DNA from: Octopus sinensis
Taxonomy: Eukaryota
DNA: 64,000 nt
NCBI RefSeq assembly: GCF_006345805.1
Contig: NC_043008.1
Span: forward strand, 41,416,001-41,480,000
Direction: 5' to 3'
Part shown: piece after piece, positions 57,201 to 64,000 of the stretch
How positions within the stretch are numbered: position 1 is the first letter of the stretch
How the letters are laid out: the number at the start of each line of letters is the position of its first letter
Translations under genes and position numbers: made by a program
The notes under the pieces: model-generated
The model's database searches: none
Told to the model about the DNA's origin: nothing
Seen by the model: the letters and a program-made list of their open reading frames with translations, nothing else

Positions 57201-57889
57201 TGTTATAGAACAGATAACTGCAATCTTTTCTATAACAGTAATTAAAGTTGTGCTAAAACCTTAGATGCAAGCAAGCATTCTGATATAAGCCAAAGTCAGT
57301 GGCGGCTGTGAAAACATCTTAAAGTTGATAAGATATTGTGTTGGGTCGACGTCAAAATAAGCATGAGGATGATGATAAAATTCAAGAGTTATCAAAATGT
57401 AGTTAGAGTGTTTATGAATTTACTATTCAAGGACAATATTGTTGCAAAATATGGTCATAAGTATTATTTTATGGAGGATTTCTGGATAAATTATATATTT
57501 AGAGGTAAATTCAAGTACTGGAAATGGTGCGCACCGTTCCTTTCACAAATGTCCTACTGATTTTGGAACAGCTATTTAGTAAAAGATTAGCTTACTGGCC
57601 TCACTACACATTGATGATGGGAGATGAAGCCAAAAAAGGTTATTAGAATTGAATCAATTTGATTTAGAAGAGAGAAAATGGTACTAAGAAGATACTACGT
57701 CAGCGGAGGTTAGCTCTGATAAAGAGTTATCTTTGATACTAACCTCCAAGACCAATGTGAAAGCAATTCGATGAATATAGATTATTGATAAACAACGAGG
57801 CAACGATATCTCGATTCTCTCCTTGGGAGATCAAAATACATACACATACACACGCATTCACACACACACAAGTATATGTATATACATTT

Positions 57890-57898
57890 TATACATAC

Positions 57899-57947
<49 letters not shown>

Positions 57948-58012
57948 ATATATACGCACATATTTATATATATATATGTATGTATATATATACATATATA
58001 TTGTATATATAC

Positions 58013-58062
<50 letters not shown>

Positions 58063-58098
58063 CAATATATATGTATATATATATATATATTATATATA

Positions 58099-58162
<64 letters not shown>
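57890..58162. repeat. Interrupted (TA)n field, one of dozens in the window
   Basis: Directly visible. Confidence 0.97.
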
Positions 58163-58165
<3 letters not shown>

Positions 58166-58576
58166 CAAAACGGTTTAATTCGGATTCCGTGAAATTCAAG
58201 TTACGCAAGGCCCTAACGAAACCTCTCTCGTCAGCCTAGTGGGGAATCAAAATGAATGGAGAGGTACAGGAAGTCCCAGATGGATACCGGTTGATGGGCT
58301 GCAACTGATCAAGGCGTGTCGCGTGATAGTACAGTTTAGTAAGCGACAGCAGTTGCATGAGCAAAGAGAGCTTCTCTGGCCACTGTGGGTCACTGTTTTA
58401 CCGAATGCAGAGAGTTCGGAGGTCATACAAGCAGCCGAAATTGTGCAGTACTGGGACTGCAAACACATTGTGGGCCACAGTTTTACTAAATGTAAAAGAG
58501 TTCCGAGGTCCAAATTTTCTTTATTCAGCTGTAATATTCTTTAGTGATATGTGATTTGTTACAGATATGTGATTTG

Positions 58577-58940
58577 TTACAAGATTGTGGCCCACGATGA
58601 AGTCAGCTCGGCTATGACTTTGACTATGTTCACTGGAACTTTAGCAAGTCGAAGGGCTTCTGGCATCCATAAGTAGGTAACAGAGTTAAAGGCTTTATTG
58701 TAGTCCAGTAACATTGAGATGAGGTTCCTCCTATGCTTCCACACCTCTGACATTGCAGTTTTGTTTATTAACAATTGATCGTCATATCCCCAGACTCCCT
58801 TCTTGTCAGCCGTCTGCTCTACTGTGATGTTGTTATTACTTTCACTAATGTCTTGAAGGAAGAGGTTTAAACATGCTATATATATTTTATACATTAAGTT
58901 CTGGCATCCAATTGGCCAGCAGTTTTTTGCTATGAAATGT
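58577..58940 (-). mobile_element. Non-LTR retrotransposon RT fragment, R4/Dong-like (RLE clade)
   Basis: AKNCWPIGCQNLMYKIY...EQTADKKGVWGYDDQLLINK...RRNLISMLLDYNKAFNSV...W..EALRLAKVP matches RT domains 1-3 (YRPI.C; EQ.G.KKG; L...LDY.KAFDSV). Confidence 0.8.
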
Positions 58941-61230
58941 ATGTACGTATGTATGTATGTATGTATGTATGTATGTATGTGTATGTATGTATGTATGTGT
59001 GTGTATGCATGCATGTATGTATGTATGTATGGATGGATGTATGTATACATGCATGCATGTATGTATCTGAGAGTATGTGTGGAGGAGTGTTAGGGAGCGT
59101 GTATATTTTCAACTAATAGAATGACAGCAATATCGAAGTCAGTAATGTGATGTTGATTATATTTGTATTATTCTCTACACGCCATTTACCCCGTTATTTT
59201 TATGCTATTTAATTATTGTAGCATATCTTTATTAGATTTTAGATTTTAATTACATGCTTCAAAGAAAGAGACCCTACTTTCATAAATTACGTGATCCCTG
59301 ACTAGTGAGAAATTCGCAATGATGAGGCAAATAACAAATGAACAGTTAAGGTTCATTACCCAGAATTAGGATTACTTCTGTTTCCAAGAACGCAGACAGT
59401 ATCAACATTGCACCTATTCTACAAACATTTGATTGGTTCACTGAGTGTATTAAATGCATTTTGCACGTAGACACACTTGATATTTACGTCGGTGACGACC
59501 ATTATTCGGTACGTAATATGAAATCCAGAAGCTCGGTCGGAATTCTACGCAAGTAAATTGAACACTTTTAATAAAATATAAAATATTATGATGGATGATA
59601 CCAATCTCAACTGTCGACTATTTCTGTTTATTTCTTACTTTTTTTTCCTTAATAGATTTCATCTGCTTGTATACATTTCTCTTCCCACATCGGTCACCGA
59701 CGAAAAAGAAAACAAACATTGGAAATCTTCTTAAATATAATTGGTTATTAAAGGTCATTAGAGTGTTTGCGCCAGAATCTGTCCTCTTTAAAGCTAATAT
59801 GATTGATCGTTAATTGGAAAAACCTTTATCATTTACACATTTGTCTTCATTTCTCCGATACATGAACAAATAATTTGATAAAAAAATCAGTATATTAATC
59901 AAAGAATCTATATAGCAAAAGATCTTATATTTGATAACCATTAAGTTTAAGTTTATAAAGAAACTTTGGATTTACTTTCTCATACGGTTTACTATAGAAA
60001 TCACGACGACTTGTAAATACCTTGATTTCGATGGTCGATTCTGCAGTTCATATCATGCCACGGCTGCGGCATCGATTTGCTGCTGCAGTTACGGTTCACC
60101 TTGTTGCTTCTGTTAATCTCATTCATGGTGTTGTTATTGTTCTTGCTGCTATTTCGCAGCTCCACGTCTACCAGGGTCGAACTGATATGTCGTAAACGAA
60201 GTGTTCTTGCCATAACTATCCTATCTTATTTTCAGACATTGTATATCTCCTTAGTCATAATGGTATGGAGCAATTTGAAGGAGTTATCTCTATTATTCCT
60301 AACAGACCTCCCTCTTCCGCTTCTCTTATGCGGCACAAGTTCTTATAACCTTTGTGATTTTAGCATTCAGTTTACGGATTCTCTCTTTCTTTCTTTCCTC
60401 TAGATTAGTTAAAATGAGTAGGGAGTTACCATTGTGCATTCTCGCAAATTGATGACATCGAGGTGATAAATTTTGGGGTGATCATACATAAGTCGATGTT
60501 TGCATGAAACTGAGATAATAATAACTAGAAAGAAAATATGATACCAAGACGATTATAGTTGTGTATTGTGCGATTGAAACATGAAACAAATTAGGGACCT
60601 TGCATGCAACAAATTTAGAAAAAGGCAGTGGATTGCAGTAGAGAGAGAGAGAAAGAGAGATTGGGCTGAAGTAAAAAGAACAATCTGTATATCTGACATC
60701 CCTGTACTCATATATTGCAGCAATAATCCAATATCGATATTATCGGAATATTGTAAATCATCAGCAACTGAAAGGGAGTGGGGTGAGTTGTATCTTAAAA
60801 GAAAATATTTGTTACTAACAGGCAGTTTTCGTGATGTTTCCTAAATAGTGTTGCTATGGAAATTTCTTCGAAACACACAAGTCAAATATTTGTAGCTAAC
60901 TTTAAAATGCCGGCTTCCCAATGAGTATCGTTCATGTGTACAGCAAGTGAAGTACCTGATTAGTATTTATTGTAATCTTACAAGGGTGGGGATTGTTTCT
61001 TAGGTTCGTTATAAAAGTCTCTGCTTTTATCTTTTCTATAGAGGGGGATTTTGAGGTCTTCATTCATGGACTCATTAGGTCTTTGACTTCTGGTGTGTCC
61101 CTTGCTTATGAATAATGCTTGTGTGCAAGATATGACCTTCATAGAACACGAGTGGTTATAAAATTAAAATGAATAAGTTGGTAATATGCAGGGAAAGAAT
61201 ATGTGGAAGACAATGGAAATGTGAGCTTAC

Positions 61231-61456
61231 CAATTCATATATCTGTTCAAGAATGATGTGTGACTACACATTGCAATGATGCTGACCCGCATAAATGAAG
61301 GTTTAGAGCGAAGAAATGAATAAAGGATGCTGGAAATAAACATGAAACATTGCTCAGAGTTTCGCTTAAATGACATAACGGGACTCTCACTCAAGTTATA
61401 AAGGGAAAGACACCGTTCATTAATAACAGGAAAAATTAAACGACAGTCATATTTAA
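61231..61456 (-). CDS. Candidate internal exon (226 nt, or 99 nt from an alternative acceptor at 61329)
   Basis: Acceptor ttttttatgcgttttcttcaAG, donor TG|GTAAGC, one open frame. Product not recognised. Confidence 0.25.
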
Positions 61457-61573
61457 CTTGAAGAAAACGCATAAAAAAATAACGCATATATATATATATA
61501 TATACACCAGTCGCCATGAAAGATCGGTAGCCACTACACACATTTTTTTCTCTCCTTGTTTCTTTCTGTGTTC

Positions 61574-61609
61574 CTTTCTGTAGAAGAGCGTAGGCTCGAA
61601 ATGTAAAAG
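61574..61609 (+). ncRNA. Minimal type I hammerhead-like motif, A6U variant
   Basis: CTTT-CTGTAGA-A-GAGC gtag GCTC-GAAA-TGT-A-AAAG. Perfect stems I and II, within a ~200-bp insert between two (TA)n tracts (about 61504-61700). Confidence 0.55.
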
Positions 61610-61696
61610 ACGTTTTCAGCTCCTGAGCGTTATACTAAAACATCTGTTTGTTCTCTACACTACCTGTCTTAGTATTTTGTTTTTTTTCGTGAATTC

Positions 61697-61761
<65 letters not shown>

Positions 61762-62705
61762 GTTTCATGTTTTCAATCACACACTACACAACTACAATTT
61801 TCTTGGAATCACATTTTCTTTTCTAGTTATTATTGTCTTGGTTTCATGCAAGCTTCCAATTATATATGATCAACCTCAACATTCATCAACTCGATTTCAT
61901 CAATCTACGAGGATGTACAACGTAACTCACCGCTCATTTTACTCAGAGAAAGGGTTTTAAGAACATGAGCTGCATAAGAGAAACGATATAGGGATATCTG
62001 TTAGGAATACGGGTTAGATATTTTAGCCGTGAGGAAAGTCGACTTTATTTACAAACATACATGAATTTTCAAAGGAACTTCAGGATTTTGTTTGGGCCGT
62101 CATCATGGGTTACACAGATCTTAGGAATAATGGAGTCGTATCTCATGGGGAACACATTAGAATGAGGATAGCGCAAGTGTCCATGTTAGAAAGAGTATTA
62201 TGTATCTCAATGGGAAAAAAAGGATGATTTTAATGTTAACTCTTCATTCGTATTAAGCATTGATTTGGCGGTGGAAGTGTGACAGAAGCACAGAAATTAT
62301 GAATTGCAGCAAAATGTCCCTGTGATTAAACTTGAGTAGATTTCAGAAAAAATAGTCAAGACATAATGAAGTAAAACATAAGTTACCACACAGCAGCTGA
62401 GTGAAAAAAGTTCCTAGACTTTGGCTCCTGTTCTGATCCTTTTGCATTTTTTTCGCAGCGAGTCTTTAAAAGGAAAACCTCTTTACCGGTTCCAACCTCT
62501 TACAATTATTGATGGAAAGATGCAAGCGGCATAAGTATTAGTCTGAGTGCGGGTTTTTGAACGTTTGTCTTATTGATTAAAATTCATGGTGTTGTACACT
62601 AACTGAGATTTTGTCGTTGGGTATAGAGTTTATTCTCTTTCTTCAATACTATCTTAACATGTTATCTTCATAGATCTTAAAGAAGCCACGTTGCATCTGA
62701 TACAT

Positions 62706-62776
62706 GTTATGAAGAAATCCTGACGACTTGTTATGAAGAAATACCGACGACTTGTCATGAAGAAATCACGAGAATT
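62706..62776. repeat. 24-bp tandem repeat, three copies (GTTATGAAGAAAT..CGACGACTT)
   Basis: Directly visible. Confidence 0.85.
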
Positions 62777-63949
62777 AGAATGCATTAAAATGCAATTTGC
62801 GTTGCATATACTTGCAGAATGTCTAATCCTCTTTTCAAACTGACTACATTTTACCCTGGAAACCACAGAAATATAACATTTAATTCACCCTTTTGCGCTT
62901 TAAGAAGAATTATAGTCATTTATATACTTGCATATATTATATAACTACTTGTAGCTAAAAGGACCCAGTGTTTTTAGAACTGTTACTGTTGTTGGCGTCG
63001 AAAATATTCTGCTGATGCTATTGTATTTATTTTTAACATTTATTTCTAGTACTAAGGCTTGCTATTTTGTTTAAGCATTGTGATATTGGCTACAAATTAC
63101 GATAGCCAACCATTTCAAAATCTTCATTTTCTCCTTTAAATTTTTCATAGTCAAAGCCTATCAACAAAGCAAGTATGCAAATAGTTCTTCATATCATTGT
63201 GTGCTCTGTCTATCAATTAGTGTTGTGCAGACTGACTCCTTGAGTGCTTGCCAATTCTTAATTGTGACTTACGATCTGTCAAAGTTCAAATGTCGAAAGA
63301 TTTAATAACCGCTCGTATACAAACAACAGGAATACTGTCTTCATTCCAACATATCGACTTGAAACAGGAAATTTAATAAAGTTTCCCAATCACACAAATA
63401 TGCGTTTAATTGTCCTATATTTGGAACACTTCACAATATAGAGATATCTCTATAATTGCGATCAGTACCAACGTAGGCGGATAAGGTGATTGAAACTTCC
63501 AAGCAATGAATTAAATACTTTTCACTATGTAATTGCATTGCTCTTGTATCTACGGTAGATGGTCTCTTTGATTCAGGTTTTCAGTAAGCCCACCTTTGTC
63601 GGTAAAATTGTAGCAGTAATTAACCCGATAGATACAAATGATGAAATCTTCATTGTGTGATAATGATTTATTTCTTGGACACCATCACACAAAATTGTAA
63701 AGACGGGAAATCAGTAGCATGTTTCAAACAAGTTTAAGATGTGGAATACTTTTATACAACTCAGACAAATAATGTTTCAAAGACGATATATCAGGGCAAG
63801 AATTTGGTCTGGCCAACCAACTGAGAGTATATTCCATTTAAATGGTTTTCCATTAAATATAATACAATTAAAATTTAATTGATGATGTGTTTATCACTAA
63901 TATTAAGATTTTAGAACGCGGGCTCGCGCGCACGCACAGGCACCCCCCC

Positions 63950-63982
<33 letters not shown>

Positions 63983-64000
63983 GACAGCAGTTATCGAGAA

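Larger units (their letters stand above)
60294..62009. repeat. Diverged inverted pair of an unclassified repeat (60294-60592 and 61758-62009)
   Basis: Colinear blocks tattcctaacaga / gagttac..attgatga.atcgag / gcatgaaac..ataataactagaaa..gattgaaacatgaaaca occur on opposite strands. Confidence 0.75.

Noticed and set aside
60001-60213. 70-aa Asn/Ser-rich ORF as a neuropeptide precursor
   Set aside because: No signal peptide or repeated dibasic/amidation pattern.

Overview
Eukaryotic, AT-rich, microsatellite-saturated DNA, most consistent with an octopod cephalopod genome. This is inferred from the repeat families, not from a search. No host protein-coding gene, rRNA, true tRNA or CRISPR array can be recognised. 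Nearly all ORFs in the track are microsatellite artefacts, and the window looks intronic or intergenic. Recognisable content: a near-complete 1627-bp IR/DR Tc1 transposon with a dead DD34E transposase (18507-20133), a deleted maT-like element, two non-autonomous Helitrons, fragments of Penelope-like, R4/Dong-like and RTE-like retroelements, and more than 25 tRNA-headed SINE copies from several modular families. The most interesting signal is a set of minimal type I hammerhead-ribozyme (HHR) motifs in at least four unrelated small repeats next to (TA)n tracts. One lies downstream of a tRNA-like Pol III head (44645-44975), and one carries the compensatory U3-A8 core variant in both arms of a 724-bp foldback. 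Several long inverted-repeat foldbacks and a 27-bp GNRA-capped hairpin are also present. Coordinates were counted by hand and may be off by a few bases.
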